Positions 28,808-39,159 are shown, counted from the stretch's first letter. The stretch is 64,000 bases of DNA from an uncultured virus (IMG/VR IMGVR_UViG_3300024272_002111) (IMGVR_UViG_3300024272_002111), one strand, 5' to 3'. The notes: generated by a model from the letters alone, not told the origin. Numbers and translations: made by a program.

Positions 28808-29557
28808 CTATGCTGCCATCAAATTCTTATCATTTCTAATATCTACTTTGTATCTAAGCATAGCTTCATAAACATGTTCTGGTATCATATCTTTGTATTC
28901 TTCAGCTACTTGCTTAATATGATTCTCTTTTGCATTAGCATATGCTGAGTATGCACCTTCTAAAGAATCAAATATACCAAGTTCTACAAGATTGTATCTC
29001 GAAGAATATCCATCTCCCACCTGCATAACTCCATTCGGCAATCCTCTTTTATTCTCTTTATTGGTAAAGAGCATATTAATTCTCTGAGGAACTAATAAAC
29101 AAGTGTATGGAGAATAGATTTTATTTCCCGGATAAAGAATATCCTTGTCCAAATGCAATCTGCCTTCGCATTCATACTTATTTGCATCAAACCAATCAGC
29201 AAATGTCTGATAACATTTCCAATCTTCACAAACGGTACAAACATCATAATAAGCTTCGTAAATGTCTGAACGTCCTTCTTCGTAGCATCTGCCAATCATA
29301 TCGTGCCATGCATTATATGTACGCACTCTTTTATTATTAATCTTTGTTTGGTGTTTTCCTACGCCTAAATACCCGATCCCGTATACAGACTTATCATATG
29401 GATTTTTCATATTGCCCTTTTTAAAATTCTGATATACTGCATGTCTTACGACATAATTATGATCATCCATGAACATAACATCAATATCAGAACTACTTCC
29501 ATAACGGATAATTTTCATTGGCGTACCATATCTATTGTAATTTATTTCTCCTAACAA
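28808..29557 (-). CDS. HNH-like/AP2-type phage endonuclease-like protein, paralog 2
   Basis: Same motifs (HLDKDILYPGNKIYSP); colinear with 28004-28762. Confidence 0.65.
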   Translation of the reverse strand: MLGEINYNRYGTPMKIIRYGSSSDIDVMFMDDHNYVVRHAVYQNFKKGNMKNPYDKSVYGIGYLGVGKHQTKINNKRVRTYNAWHDMIGRCYEEGRSDIYEAYYDVCTVCEDWKCYQTFADWFDANKYECEGRLHLDKDILYPGNKIYSPYTCLLVPQRINMLFTNKENKRGLPNGVMQVGDGYSSRYNLVELGIFDSLEGAYSAYANAKENHIKQVAEEYKDMIPEHVYEAMLRYKVDIRNDKNLMAA

Positions 29558-29601
29558 TACAAACTCCTTTCATAAAATTAAAAGTGAAGGAAATCAGCCT
29601 T

Positions 29602-29988
29602 CTATCTTACCTCGTTTAATACCTCTTGATAGTATCCATAAGAATCATTTTTCCACAACTTCTCTGCTTCTTTAACTTTCTCCATAGTTTCCGGTGTAGG
29701 ATAGCCAAGAATTTCTCCAGCTAAAAATCCCTTACAATAATCGTCCCACATATGATCGCTGACAGAAATAGTTTCATCACAAATTCCATCTACTGTTTCA
29801 TCCATAATTTCATAGAATGCAAAATTAATATCACAACCATTATCTTCTGCGTAATCAACTATGATTTTAGCAAATGTTGCACAATCTTCACTGCCAGTCC
29901 ATTCACTAACTCTGTCATCATCTCTCTCATTTAATTCCATATCAAAGTAATAACCTACTTCCATTGCCTTTTTAAAAATATTATTCAT
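29602..29988 (-). CDS. Hypothetical acidic protein
   Basis: ORF with AGGAGG RBS directly after a motif A copy. Confidence 0.65.
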   Translation of the reverse strand: MNNIFKKAMEVGYYFDMELNERDDDRVSEWTGSEDCATFAKIIVDYAEDNGCDINFAFYEIMDETVDGICDETISVSDHMWDDYCKGFLAGEILGYPTPETMEKVKEAEKLWKNDSYGYYQEVLNEVR

Positions 29989-30017
29989 ATCATATACCTC
30001 CTAATCAAACCATTCTT

Positions 30018-30173
30018 CTATTTCATTCTACTAAGAATTTCTGTCTTCAATTTATCTACCTTAATCTGTAATTTATCAACTTCATCGAGTTTATTCTGTT
30101 CTGTTTTAATACTCATCCAGATTAAAGCCTTTTCTAATTCATTCAATAATTCTTCGTTTGATTTGTCTTTCAT
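30018..30173 (-). CDS. Small hypothetical protein (51 aa, below ORF-track cutoff)
   Basis: GGAGG RBS, MKDKSNEE..., TAG stop inside motif A. Confidence 0.55.
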   Translation of the reverse strand: MKDKSNEELLNELEKALIWMSIKTEQNKLDEVDKLQIKVDKLKTEILSRMK

Positions 30174-30205
30174 TACTACCTCCAACTTACGTACTAACTT
30201 GCGTA

Positions 30206-30436
30206 TTATCTTACTTTTACTAATTTGTAAAACTTTGTTTCGTCACCGCCACTAGAAAGCAATCTGTAAAACAACTGTTCTGCCGGAACCAAACTATTAA
30301 ATTCATAAGTCGCTGGCATCTTCCACATTGTTTTCATTCTGTTGGTAATATACACCTTATCACCATTGCAATATAATTCTTTTGCTTCTTCTTCTGAAAT
30401 CTCTATGTATTTATCCATATCATTCACCTCTACCAA
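30206..30436 (-). CDS. Hypothetical protein
   Basis: Likely start MDKYIE after GAGGTG. Confidence 0.6.
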   Translation of the reverse strand: MVEVNDMDKYIEISEEEAKELYCNGDKVYITNRMKTMWKMPATYEFNSLVPAEQLFYRLLSSGGDETKFYKLVKVR

Positions 30437-30445
30437 ATTAATCTT

Positions 30446-30682
30446 TTATTCAACCTCAATAACAATTTTAACACCATATCCAGTATCTTTAGGCATAGCA
30501 TATATATATGTAATTTCCATGTCTAAAATATCTTCAATATCAGAATGGTTCGCTTCTTCGAATTCATCACCTTCGGCATGAATTTGATATTCTTCAATAA
30601 TATCATCATACTCCTTAATTTGATACCCACCTTGAATTCTAATTCCCTGGTCTAATAAATCTCTAATACTCATATTTACCAC
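30446..30682 (-). CDS. Hypothetical acidic protein
   Basis: ORF track; stop inside motif A. Confidence 0.6.
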   Translation of the reverse strand: MVNMSIRDLLDQGIRIQGGYQIKEYDDIIEEYQIHAEGDEFEEANHSDIEDILDMEITYIYAMPKDTGYGVKIVIEVE

Positions 30683-30747
30683 CTCTCATCATATCACATT
30701 TTTCGAGCTATTTCCATATTTTTCTGGAAAGCAAATCCGTATTTTAT

Positions 30748-30951
30748 TTACACTAAATTGTGTTCCTTGCACAATCTACGCCAAACCATCGGGTTTAACT
30801 TACCATTAGTGTTAATGATAACTCTATCACCATTACTATTAACATAATGCCTATGGGAACTTGCTGTCTTTCTGTTCTTATCCCACTGATAACCATTCTT
30901 CCGTAAAATCTTTTCTGCATTTCGCCAATCAATCTGCTTGTAACTACACAT
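30748..30951 (-). CDS. HicA-like mRNA interferase domain protein
   Basis: AEKILRKNGY...SSH..Y pattern, 67 aa. Confidence 0.6.
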   Translation of the reverse strand: MCSYKQIDWRNAEKILRKNGYQWDKNRKTASSHRHYVNSNGDRVIINTNGKLNPMVWRRLCKEHNLV

Positions 30952-31138
30952 ACATACCTCCTATTTATCTTTCTGTAACAATTACTTCATCAATAAAATA
31001 ATTACATCCAAACTTATCTCGTGCGATCTTCTCCGCTTCTTCTGGACTGCTTGCCTCAATAAAATATTCATCACTCATTAAAAGTTTTACATCATATGTT
31101 TTCTTTTCAATATTTTGATTCGACATAATCTCAACCTC

Positions 31139-31558
31139 CTACCAAAACTTAAATTCTTCATTTGCTTTTTCAATAAGATCTACGTGAATTGCCTTAAAAT
31201 CTGTTGTATATTCCTTACATGCATTGATATGATTTTCTATATACTCTCCAAGTTCCTTCATGAAATCATCAATACTCATATTCTGTACCGGCTTATCCCA
31301 GCAGAAGCTGCATGAATCAGCATAATCGTATGGATATTCTTCATAATTCTTTTTATAACTATACCCATATCCACTATCAACACCGCCAACATATAAATCA
31401 AACCACAATCTGTTTCCCCAATTCAAGATATCAAAGCAAAGATTGCCAACTCTTGCAGATCCTATGTATTCAGCTTCACCATCTTCATCAGTGTACTCAT
31501 GCTGATGTTTCTTATAATCTTCAAATTCTTTTTCCATTAAGAACCATTTAATTTCCAT
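31139..31558 (-). CDS. Hypothetical protein
   Basis: ORF with GGAG RBS. Confidence 0.65.
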   Translation of the reverse strand: MEIKWFLMEKEFEDYKKHQHEYTDEDGEAEYIGSARVGNLCFDILNWGNRLWFDLYVGGVDSGYGYSYKKNYEEYPYDYADSCSFCWDKPVQNMSIDDFMKELGEYIENHINACKEYTTDFKAIHVDLIEKANEEFKFW

Positions 31559-31569
31559 CTAATCATCTC

Positions 31570-32094
31570 CTATTCCATATCTAAAATTGCATTATACTTG
31601 TTAGCATATTCATAGAAATCTTCCGTATCATCTGCCGTATAGTTACCCATAAAATCCTCATATGTCTTCCATTCACAATCGGAATCTTTAACACACTCAT
31701 CAAAATACTGCCTGGTAAAATCTACTGTTACCTCAATATCAGTCAGATTACTATCGTCATCATGTTCCTTAATTGTATCTTTGTAAACAGTAACCCATAC
31801 TGTGTCAAGATTATGTAACTCTTCCAATGTATCACACATCGCGGCCTTCAGCTTGTCCTGCCAGTCGGCCTTGTCAAAATCAATTTCATAATGAACAAAT
31901 GAGTTGTAATCGGTTTCCATGTGATCGGTTTCAGGATTAATTTCTGTTTTGTATATTGCGCAACAATTTTCACCGGAGTCAATACAGAAGTTATACTCAA
32001 CACCAATGTCGTTCAGCCAAACAAATGCTGCGCCCCACTCGTCGGTTTCAATATCTTTATAAGATTCATCTATATTACATTCAAATTCATACAT
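31570..32094 (-). CDS. Hypothetical acidic protein
   Basis: ORF with AGGAGG RBS. Confidence 0.65.
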   Translation of the reverse strand: MYEFECNIDESYKDIETDEWGAAFVWLNDIGVEYNFCIDSGENCCAIYKTEINPETDHMETDYNSFVHYEIDFDKADWQDKLKAAMCDTLEELHNLDTVWVTVYKDTIKEHDDDSNLTDIEVTVDFTRQYFDECVKDSDCEWKTYEDFMGNYTADDTEDFYEYANKYNAILDME

Positions 32095-32106
32095 AATATC
32101 TACCTC

Positions 32107-32391
32107 CTATCTATTTACGCCAAGTGTTTTCAAAACCTCATCTGCTTTATCATCTTCAAAATTTTCAATATGATTTACTAAATCATTTAATAACTCAATC
32201 GCCTTTTCGCAGCACATAATATCCTGAATCCAAGGATCTTCAGATTCATCTGTATAAGCCCCATCATACTCTTTATCAAGCTTTCCTTCATACGACTCTT
32301 TACCATATTCAATCAGACTTTCTAAATTAGAAATAACAGCCTCCAGCTTTACATTCTTTTTCTCTTCATTAATCCATTCTCTAACGGTCAT
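32107..32391 (-). CDS. Hypothetical protein
   Basis: ORF with GAGG RBS. Confidence 0.6.
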   Translation of the reverse strand: MTVREWINEEKKNVKLEAVISNLESLIEYGKESYEGKLDKEYDGAYTDESEDPWIQDIMCCEKAIELLNDLVNHIENFEDDKADEVLKTLGVNR

Positions 32392-32458
32392 ATTAACTAC
32401 CTCGCTTTTATCTTTATTTGTGCTTTATGTTATTCATCACCCAACAATTTAATTTTAT

Positions 32459-32941
32459 TTAGTTTTCAGTAGTCTTTGGAGTAATAAAACCTGTCCATCT
32501 CTTTCTTAAGAAATTTAAATAACCTTCAATACTTCCATCTTCATATGCATAAAAAGCATCTTCGTCATAACACCACCAAATAATTACTTCGTGGCCACTT
32601 GTTACATGACTAAACGTTGTATTGATATTATCTTTCACGGTCTTTTCTCCAGCACCGTTCTTAATTGCTTTTAAGTACAGATATCTTTGAAGATTTTCTA
32701 AATCTCGATCTGTCTGAACATCAAAAATCTCAACTGGACTATCATCACAACCTTCATCTAACATAGCATAAACACTAAGATAATTGGTATGCAACTTTTT
32801 AAGCTGCTTGCTTACTGCAAATAAAGCAGACTCTTCATATTTCTTACATTCTTCTTCATTTCGGAATACTGTTCCATCCTCTGCAATATATTCAACTCTT
32901 ACCACCTGCTCAACTGTTTTCTTAATTTCGTTTGTTCTCAT
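32459..32941 (-). CDS. Hypothetical phage protein
   Basis: YIAEDGTVF..EEEC..YE motif. Confidence 0.65.
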   Translation of the reverse strand: MRTNEIKKTVEQVVRVEYIAEDGTVFRNEEECKKYEESALFAVSKQLKKLHTNYLSVYAMLDEGCDDSPVEIFDVQTDRDLENLQRYLYLKAIKNGAGEKTVKDNINTTFSHVTSGHEVIIWWCYDEDAFYAYEDGSIEGYLNFLRKRWTGFITPKTTEN

Positions 32942-33171
32942 AATTTAAATCCTCACTTTCTTTTAATATTAGTTCTGTTCGTTTCTATTATAATGTTCTA
33001 TATCCTTCCAAGATGCAGTAACAGTTGCACCCAATACCGGATAATCATATGTTCTCTCAATTGTATCTGCAAATGCCTCTACTATTGTATCATCGTAATT
33101 ATCTTCCACCTCAATATCCATTGAAACCTGTATGATCATACTTTTTACCTCCATTCAAACGTCTCTTTGGG

Positions 33172-33570
33172 TTACACATAATATCCAACCGGTGTATCCA
33201 TTGTTAATTCATCTTCCATTTTGGTGATTTTGACAAATCTACCATACCAATTATTTGCTATTTCAAACGCCTCTTCTTCTGTAACGTCACCAATATAATC
33301 GTTACCTCGAACATCATATGCACCATCAAAATCTTCTTCACTCATAGCTAAATATTCTTCTAATGAAAAGTCCATGCCATCGGAATACTCTACAACTCGG
33401 TAAGTCAGAGTTTTATCTTCTTCGCCATGTTCGTTATATCCAGGGTCTCCGTTGGTATAAATATACCCACTAAAAGCAATTCGTTTTTTCCCATCCTGTT
33501 CATATATAGAGTAAAAATCACCTGCATTAAGCACTTCATCAATTGTTTTAAACAACATAATCATTTCCAC
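33172..33570 (-). CDS. Hypothetical acidic protein
   Basis: Bounded by motif A on both sides. Confidence 0.65.
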   Translation of the reverse strand: MEMIMLFKTIDEVLNAGDFYSIYEQDGKKRIAFSGYIYTNGDPGYNEHGEEDKTLTYRVVEYSDGMDFSLEEYLAMSEEDFDGAYDVRGNDYIGDVTEEEAFEIANNWYGRFVKITKMEDELTMDTPVGYYV

Positions 33571-33589
33571 CTTTCATCAAACGTCCATT

Positions 33590-33910
33590 TTATTCCAAAG
33601 GTATCCAACTAGAACATTCATCATTTCCATTTGTGATACCTGCATATTTCATGCAAACACCCTTGTTCTTATAAGAATAATCTCTTTCCCAACGGTTGCA
33701 TGTTTCACATCTCTGTTCACAAGGTTCCTCTTCTTCCCAAGCATCATCATTTACACACTCAACCTCGTACTCTACTTCTACTGGTAACTCCTTTAATGCA
33801 TTTTGAATTGTTGCCCAAGCTTTATCATAAGCTTCGTCAACACTTTCAGCTTCCTCATAAAAGGTTCCCTCTGTTAAATGAAATGTGACCGCAAATTCAT
33901 ATTCTTTCAT
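33590..33910 (-). CDS. Hypothetical protein with C-terminal Cys cluster
   Basis: CETC..C..C. Confidence 0.6.
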   Translation of the reverse strand: MKEYEFAVTFHLTEGTFYEEAESVDEAYDKAWATIQNALKELPVEVEYEVECVNDDAWEEEEPCEQRCETCNRWERDYSYKNKGVCMKYAGITNGNDECSSWIPLE

Positions 33911-33919
33911 AATTACCTC

Positions 33920-34189
33920 CTAGTCAACATCTACAATATAAAATTCTGTTGTATCTTCATCAGCCCAAGTAATAAGAGCAATATCTTCTTCACACCAACA
34001 GTTTTCTTCATCCAACGGATCGTCTATTTCTCCATTTAAATTATCAGCAATAATATCGTTATAAAAATCTTCCCACGCTTTTCTTAAAGCATCTTCAGAT
34101 GTTTCATTTTCTTTCACTCTAATAACTTCAGGCATTGCTTCACCCATTTCCATATCATGATACTTTTTGTAAATCAAAATTACTTTCAT
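33920..34189 (-). CDS. Hypothetical acidic protein
   Basis: AGGAGG RBS after motif A. Confidence 0.6.
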   Translation of the reverse strand: MKVILIYKKYHDMEMGEAMPEVIRVKENETSEDALRKAWEDFYNDIIADNLNGEIDDPLDEENCWCEEDIALITWADEDTTEFYIVDVD

Positions 34190-34230
34190 AATCCTCTACC
34201 TCCTAATCAAATGTGAGTTTGATTTAGTTG

Positions 34231-34473
34231 CTATCTAATACTCAACTCATCTTCGAAAACATCATTTTCAGTTCCATCATTAAATCTGCACTTGTACATA
34301 TATCCAACATCGTCAATATCACATTCCAAGTTTGTTAACGGTCTGATGATTTCAACTTCTGTTCCGTTGTACTGTAATAAATCTGTATCTGTTGTAGTAA
34401 ATATAAATTTCATTCCGTTTTCTAACATAATAATTACCTGCCTTTCATCAAATACGAGTTTGATTAACACCAA
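34231..34473 (-). CDS. Hypothetical protein
   Basis: Likely start MLENG downstream of motif A at 34447. Confidence 0.6.
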   Translation of the reverse strand: MVLIKLVFDERQVIIMLENGMKFIFTTTDTDLLQYNGTEVEIIRPLTNLECDIDDVGYMYKCRFNDGTENDVFEDELSIR

Positions 34474-34820
34474 CTAAACGGTTTCTGTTGTCCATTTGCT
34501 ACATAATCTTCATTGCTTGTCTTACAAATATGTAACCAATCATTAACCATTGCTTCGGCGGATTCATATTCATAATGTCTAAGTTCTCCATCTGCTGTTT
34601 CTCTTTCAATATTCTTACCGAAGAACTTGTAATACTTCTGATGCCAGTCTTGATAATAACCATTGTTAATTACAATGTTACCTTTCTTGTTCCATGCAAA
34701 TCCATAACCATAAAAGCTACAGATTTCTGCCATCTGTTCTTCTGTTTCGCTCCACTGCTTACCGGTTTCTCTTTCATAATCTTCTCTTACATCTAAATCA
34801 ATAATGCTATCCATATTCAT
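34464..34820 (-). CDS. Hypothetical protein
   Basis: Bounded by motif A on both sides. Confidence 0.65.
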   Translation of the reverse strand: MNMDSIIDLDVREDYERETGKQWSETEEQMAEICSFYGYGFAWNKKGNIVINNGYYQDWHQKYYKFFGKNIERETADGELRHYEYESAEAMVNDWLHICKTSNEDYVANGQQKPFSWC

Positions 34821-34851
34821 TCTCCTTTCATGGACAAAATTCCGATTTGAT

Positions 34852-35244
34852 TTACTTTACTACCTTTACATTCTTCCCTAATACCTTACAAATCTCTTCT
34901 ACGGTCATTTCAACTGTATCATTGTTTTGATTATCCCTATCATAAATCAGCTCTGCAAATCTATCAGTCCATGAAAACTCTTCATTCTCTAACATTGATG
35001 CTAAATTTGTCATATGCTTTTGTGTCCAAATTTTCATAACATCGTACTTGGAGCAATACTTATTTATTGCACTATCTGTCTGTAACGTATGTTCGTCTTG
35101 ATAGTCAGTTGAATAAGTTAAATTCTCATTATAACTACTCAAACACATGTGCCCCAAATAACCAATTAAATAACCATCAACAACAAGGTATTTAACGCCA
35201 CTTCTTAACTCCACAATCATTCCACTTTTTAAAATACTTTTCAT
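34852..35244 (-). CDS. Hypothetical phage protein
   Basis: LKSGMIVELR...EMTVEEICKVLG pattern; bounded by motif A. Confidence 0.65.
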   Translation of the reverse strand: MKSILKSGMIVELRSGVKYLVVDGYLIGYLGHMCLSSYNENLTYSTDYQDEHTLQTDSAINKYCSKYDVMKIWTQKHMTNLASMLENEEFSWTDRFAELIYDRDNQNNDTVEMTVEEICKVLGKNVKVVK

Positions 35245-35282
35245 ACTAATTCCTCCTAATCAAATCCCAATTTGACTGCCAC

Positions 35283-35930
35283 TTAAATGTGACAGTCAAC
35301 AGCAGTTACAACAACATCTTCTTCTAAACTGCTAATGAAGTTTTTAAATTCTATTTCCCAACTATCTTTATCTTTTTCATTGGACACGCAAGCCCACCAT
35401 CCCATTTCGCCACGCTCATGCCATCTTCCATCAGGTGAAATAAATGCAAATGGTACAGTTTCTGTCCAATCAATTTCTGAAGCATAATCTTCATTTGTGG
35501 GTTCTCCAGAAAGTGTCTTAAGATAACCATTCCATCTTCCACCAATTGAATACCAATCCCATTTTGAATTTGGGTTATATGTAGAATAAAGATTACCTTC
35601 TTCATCCTTATCATCGTCTTCATACCAACTAGCTACATCTTCATAACACTCATCATCTGTCCAATTCATCTTCTTTGGGAATTCTTCACGAAGATAGTGC
35701 AAATGTTTTTCATTAGAACAATCTTCTGCATACTTTTCCGGGTTCTCTAAATACCTTGCATAAGTTCCATTCTTGTATTCTTCGATTTCCTTTCTGGTTT
35801 TTGCAATTGCCTGTTCTCTCGTGTACTTAATATATGGTGCAACTACAATATTCTCATCATAAGGTGCGAGTAATTCCTCAACTGTTCTTCCTTCTTCTTT
35901 TGTAAATACTAAAGTAATAAAATGTGACAT
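35283..35930 (-). CDS. Conserved hypothetical phage protein
   Basis: MSHF..., YNPNSKWDWYSIGGRW, VDCH C-terminus. Confidence 0.7.
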   Translation of the reverse strand: MSHFITLVFTKEEGRTVEELLAPYDENIVVAPYIKYTREQAIAKTRKEIEEYKNGTYARYLENPEKYAEDCSNEKHLHYLREEFPKKMNWTDDECYEDVASWYEDDDKDEEGNLYSTYNPNSKWDWYSIGGRWNGYLKTLSGEPTNEDYASEIDWTETVPFAFISPDGRWHERGEMGWWACVSNEKDKDSWEIEFKNFISSLEEDVVVTAVDCHI

Positions 35931-35968
35931 AATTCATTCTCCTTTCATCTAATCAAATCTTGCTTTGG

Positions 35969-36142
35969 TTAACACCAAATCCCTAATCTGTACATTAAAT
36001 CATACAGACCATGGTAAAAATCTGTTTCATGATATTCACTATCTTCATCACAAACGCTTTCTAAAACATCATCTGCTTTAGTTAATGCGTTAACTAATTC
36101 TCTTTTCTGTTCCTCAGATAATCTGTTTACCAATTCTTCCAT
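35969..36142 (-). CDS. Small hypothetical protein (57 aa)
   Basis: AAGGAGG RBS, MEELVNRL...; bounded by motif A on both sides. Confidence 0.55.
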   Translation of the reverse strand: MEELVNRLSEEQKRELVNALTKADDVLESVCDEDSEYHETDFYHGLYDLMYRLGIWC

Positions 36143-36170
36143 ATCAACGCCTCCTTATAGAATCATTATT

Positions 36171-36605
36171 CTATTCATCCTCATTTGGCCAGTATCCAAG
36201 TAAATTTGCATTCAGTTCAATCATCTCAATCTGCTCATAATTCTCTTCATAATCAAGATTAAATTTATCCATAAGCCGATTCCAATTGTAACCAGTAACA
36301 TCACTCTTATAAATTTCAATACTCTGTGTTGACGCATTTGGAACATGTAAGTAATTGATAATGTATGGTAAGAAATCATCAATCTGATTTGTTTCATTAC
36401 AAATCTTAACTGCTGTTCTTATCAATGCCTGAACAAATGCATCAGACATGAATGCACTACCAGTAACTTCCTTAATCTCCTCTTCAGTAATCTCTTTTAC
36501 ATTTTCCCAACCCTTATCCATGATGTATGTAACCACTGTCATTGCTACATGTTCATCAAAGTACTTCCGAATAATATCTCTTACGTTGTCTCCTGCTAAT
36601 TTCAT
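36171..36605 (-). CDS. Hypothetical protein
   Basis: ORF with GAGGAGG RBS. Confidence 0.65.
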   Translation of the reverse strand: MKLAGDNVRDIIRKYFDEHVAMTVVTYIMDKGWENVKEITEEEIKEVTGSAFMSDAFVQALIRTAVKICNETNQIDDFLPYIINYLHVPNASTQSIEIYKSDVTGYNWNRLMDKFNLDYEENYEQIEMIELNANLLGYWPNEDE

Positions 36606-36620
36606 ATCTTTTTCCTCCTC

Positions 36621-37142
36621 TTAGCTCACTCTTTTCTGTGGCTCAATTCCATGTTCCCAACAAATCCTATCTATCTCTTCATTTGTGAGAATTTTTAGTA
36701 CCTTAATGGCTCCGGCTATTATCCAGTCTTCATACATAAGTGGACTGGTTTTATATCTGTAATAACCATTCACTGGAATTTCTTTTAAGTAACTCTTTAC
36801 CGGAATTACCTTGCCATCCTTATTAGTTCCATTCTTATTAGCGACAGGTTGATAATCAACCTCATCACTATATTCAACCTCACACCATACAGTGTCTGGT
36901 TTCATCAGTAAGTTGCCCTCTCCATCCTTCTGTCCAATGTGAGCAGCATAAGGAATATCTGCCAAGTGAAACCCTGGCCTGAAGCATAACTGGCCAAGTT
37001 TTGATTTAACCTTTCCATTATCTAACAACTCACCAGTCTCAGCTTCGATCCATTCGCCCATTGGAATTTCCTTATCTGCAAGTATGTACAATGGATAAAG
37101 CTTTCCGCTTTTAATTTTGAATAGTTTATAAGCTGTTTTCAT
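36621..37142 (-). CDS. Conserved hypothetical phage protein
   Basis: AYKLF..LYPL..RPGFH..VWCEVEY..W.IAGAIKV. Confidence 0.7.
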   Translation of the reverse strand: MKTAYKLFKIKSGKLYPLYILADKEIPMGEWIEAETGELLDNGKVKSKLGQLCFRPGFHLADIPYAAHIGQKDGEGNLLMKPDTVWCEVEYSDEVDYQPVANKNGTNKDGKVIPVKSYLKEIPVNGYYRYKTSPLMYEDWIIAGAIKVLKILTNEEIDRICWEHGIEPQKRVS

Positions 37143-37151
37143 GGTTCCTCC

Positions 37152-37469
37152 TTAAATCATCTTGTAAACTGCTTTCATAATGTCATTGATAATAGATACA
37201 CCACTATCACCTTCAACACTCTGGTATGTAGCGAAGATATCACTTTGCTTACCCCAGCTTAACTGAACTTCTTCACGAGGATCATCACGCTTATTTAGCT
37301 CTCTGTCAGATTCATGGAATGTAATGCTAATTATTTGTCTTTTTCCATATTCATCCGGTTCTGTATAAGTCCGTTCTGCCCAACCATACTTAATATTGAT
37401 ACCCTCACAAGCTCTTGTTGTTCTTAACAATGCTTCTAAATCCTTAATAATCTGTAATCTGTTTTCCAT
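37152..37469 (-). CDS. Hypothetical protein
   Basis: VEGDSG motif; RBS. Confidence 0.6.
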   Translation of the reverse strand: MENRLQIIKDLEALLRTTRACEGINIKYGWAERTYTEPDEYGKRQIISITFHESDRELNKRDDPREEVQLSWGKQSDIFATYQSVEGDSGVSIINDIMKAVYKMI

Positions 37470-37481
37470 AGTTAATCCTCC

Positions 37482-38042
37482 TTATTGCAACGCAGCAAAG
37501 TTTTTTGAAGCCACTCTAAATCCGTTTTCTTTCAATAACTTTATTGCCTTTTCAGTATCTCTTTTTACTTTATTATTATGACTGTCAATTAACTTGTGCA
37601 TTTTGTCATAATCTTCAGATTCATAATATGCATGCTTAAATTCAAATCGTAATTTTGCAGTTTCTTTCGCATGTTCTAAACCTTTATTAGTCCATACTTG
37701 TGAGAAGTGATAGTAAGCCGGGTCTTTTACTAAGAAAACATAACATTTATCTTCAATTGGCTTTAAAATATCTCTTACTGATTTTGCAAAATCACTATCA
37801 TAAGATGCAATTTTATGTAATTCACTATAAGAATTTATATAATCAACATCTATATTTTCAGAAAATATCAAATATCCAATTCTGTTTGCCCATGTAAATC
37901 CTTTATTAAAATAGCTTCCGCCGCTATCACACTCTGTAAATACACACCAACCATTTTCTTTAATTGCTTTTGCCTGGTCGTTATTTAATTCTGATATTGA
38001 CATATACTTAATCATAATTTTTCCTCCATTTCTGTGAACCAA
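37482..38042 (-). CDS. Hypothetical protein
   Basis: Likely start MIKYM after GGAGG. Confidence 0.6.
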   Translation of the reverse strand: MVHRNGGKIMIKYMSISELNNDQAKAIKENGWCVFTECDSGGSYFNKGFTWANRIGYLIFSENIDVDYINSYSELHKIASYDSDFAKSVRDILKPIEDKCYVFLVKDPAYYHFSQVWTNKGLEHAKETAKLRFEFKHAYYESEDYDKMHKLIDSHNNKVKRDTEKAIKLLKENGFRVASKNFAALQ

Positions 38043-38051
38043 ACTTTCATT

Positions 38052-38507
38052 TTATTCACCCTCTCTCTTTAACAACTCAAGCATATCTATTCTGTACTGC
38101 TCGATCTGTTCTGCTGTTATCCATTCAGGCTTATCCTCATTGGAAAATGATTCATATAACTTCTTCATTTCGTCACAATGTTTGTTCACTTCCTTAAAGT
38201 ACAGATGTCCTTCATAGCCATTTCCGTATCCTAAGAAATACTTACAATCACTCTGATATCTACTAAGCATCATGTAATCAAATTCTCTTACATGTCTCAC
38301 AAACGGCTCATCACATTCAACCGGTTCCTCAATATGTCTATTCGGTTCGCCACAAATATCTCCATCTTCCGGATGTCTGTAAGCACCTGTATGAAGATAT
38401 AAACCACCTCTACCATCATTCAAATCGAAATAAATCTTTCCGTTTTCATCTTCGTAACAAGGATATTCCATATATCCACCGCCAAAACCTATATACTTAA
38501 CCTTCAT
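38052..38507 (-). CDS. Protein with C-terminal LPD11-like domain
   Basis: YMMLSRYQSDCKYFLG...KPEWIT.EQI; start MKVKY after GAGGAGG. Confidence 0.65.
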   Translation of the reverse strand: MKVKYIGFGGGYMEYPCYEDENGKIYFDLNDGRGGLYLHTGAYRHPEDGDICGEPNRHIEEPVECDEPFVRHVREFDYMMLSRYQSDCKYFLGYGNGYEGHLYFKEVNKHCDEMKKLYESFSNEDKPEWITAEQIEQYRIDMLELLKREGE

Positions 38508-38508
38508 C

Positions 38509-38955
38509 TTAATATTCCTCCTTATAAAATCTGATTGTACGTTCCTTTTCAGCTTCATAATCTTCTCTGTTACTATAAGGACATAATGTGATATCTCCTT
38601 CACAATATGTAAATACTGCCATCTGCTCATCAGAGTAAGCATAAGAAGAATAACCATCAATCTGATGTAATACAAAGTCACACTTGGCAGCGAACGCATA
38701 ACACAAATCATCCAACCAATGACCACTTAACATATAATCGCCTTCTCTGTTTGTGGTTTCCTCGGTGAAATTAATGTTTACAATTCTCTGTGTGGTTTCA
38801 TTCAAGTGATAAGCAGAGAAATCAATCGGTAAAATCTCATATTCATCATCCTTTGGGATTCTTCCAGTTTCTCTAATCATGTTATAATAATCATTCCGTT
38901 TAATTTTCTGTGCTGCCATCTTATTTACCTCCATGTAATCTAAACCATAATGCAC
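38509..38955 (-). CDS. Hypothetical protein
   Basis: Likely start MAAQK; YCEGD motif. Confidence 0.6.
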   Translation of the reverse strand: MHYGLDYMEVNKMAAQKIKRNDYYNMIRETGRIPKDDEYEILPIDFSAYHLNETTQRIVNINFTEETTNREGDYMLSGHWLDDLCYAFAAKCDFVLHQIDGYSSYAYSDEQMAVFTYCEGDITLCPYSNREDYEAEKERTIRFYKEEY

Positions 38956-39157
38956 CCTGCATAAACTGTATCAAGCCTTCTACACTCTGCGAATGACAAA
39001 TCATATCTTCCATCATGTGCTTCGTGTTTGCTTTGTAGATGTAATATCCGTCGCTTCCCTTATAGAAATCAACTGGTGTTACACAATTTTCAAAACCAAT
39101 TAAAGCACCCTTACCATAAGAATCTGTGCTAATCTTCTCTCTAATCTTATCTGCCAT
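38921..39157 (-). CDS. Hypothetical protein
   Basis: ORF with AAGGAG RBS. Confidence 0.55.
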   Translation of the reverse strand: MADKIREKISTDSYGKGALIGFENCVTPVDFYKGSDGYYIYKANTKHMMEDMICHSQSVEGLIQFMQGALWFRLHGGK

Positions 39158-39159
39158 AA

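Noticed and set aside
32441..32458. Possible further motif A copies at 32441, 25054 and 12501
   Set aside because: One arm is too degenerate or the spacer is 3 nt, so they were not counted
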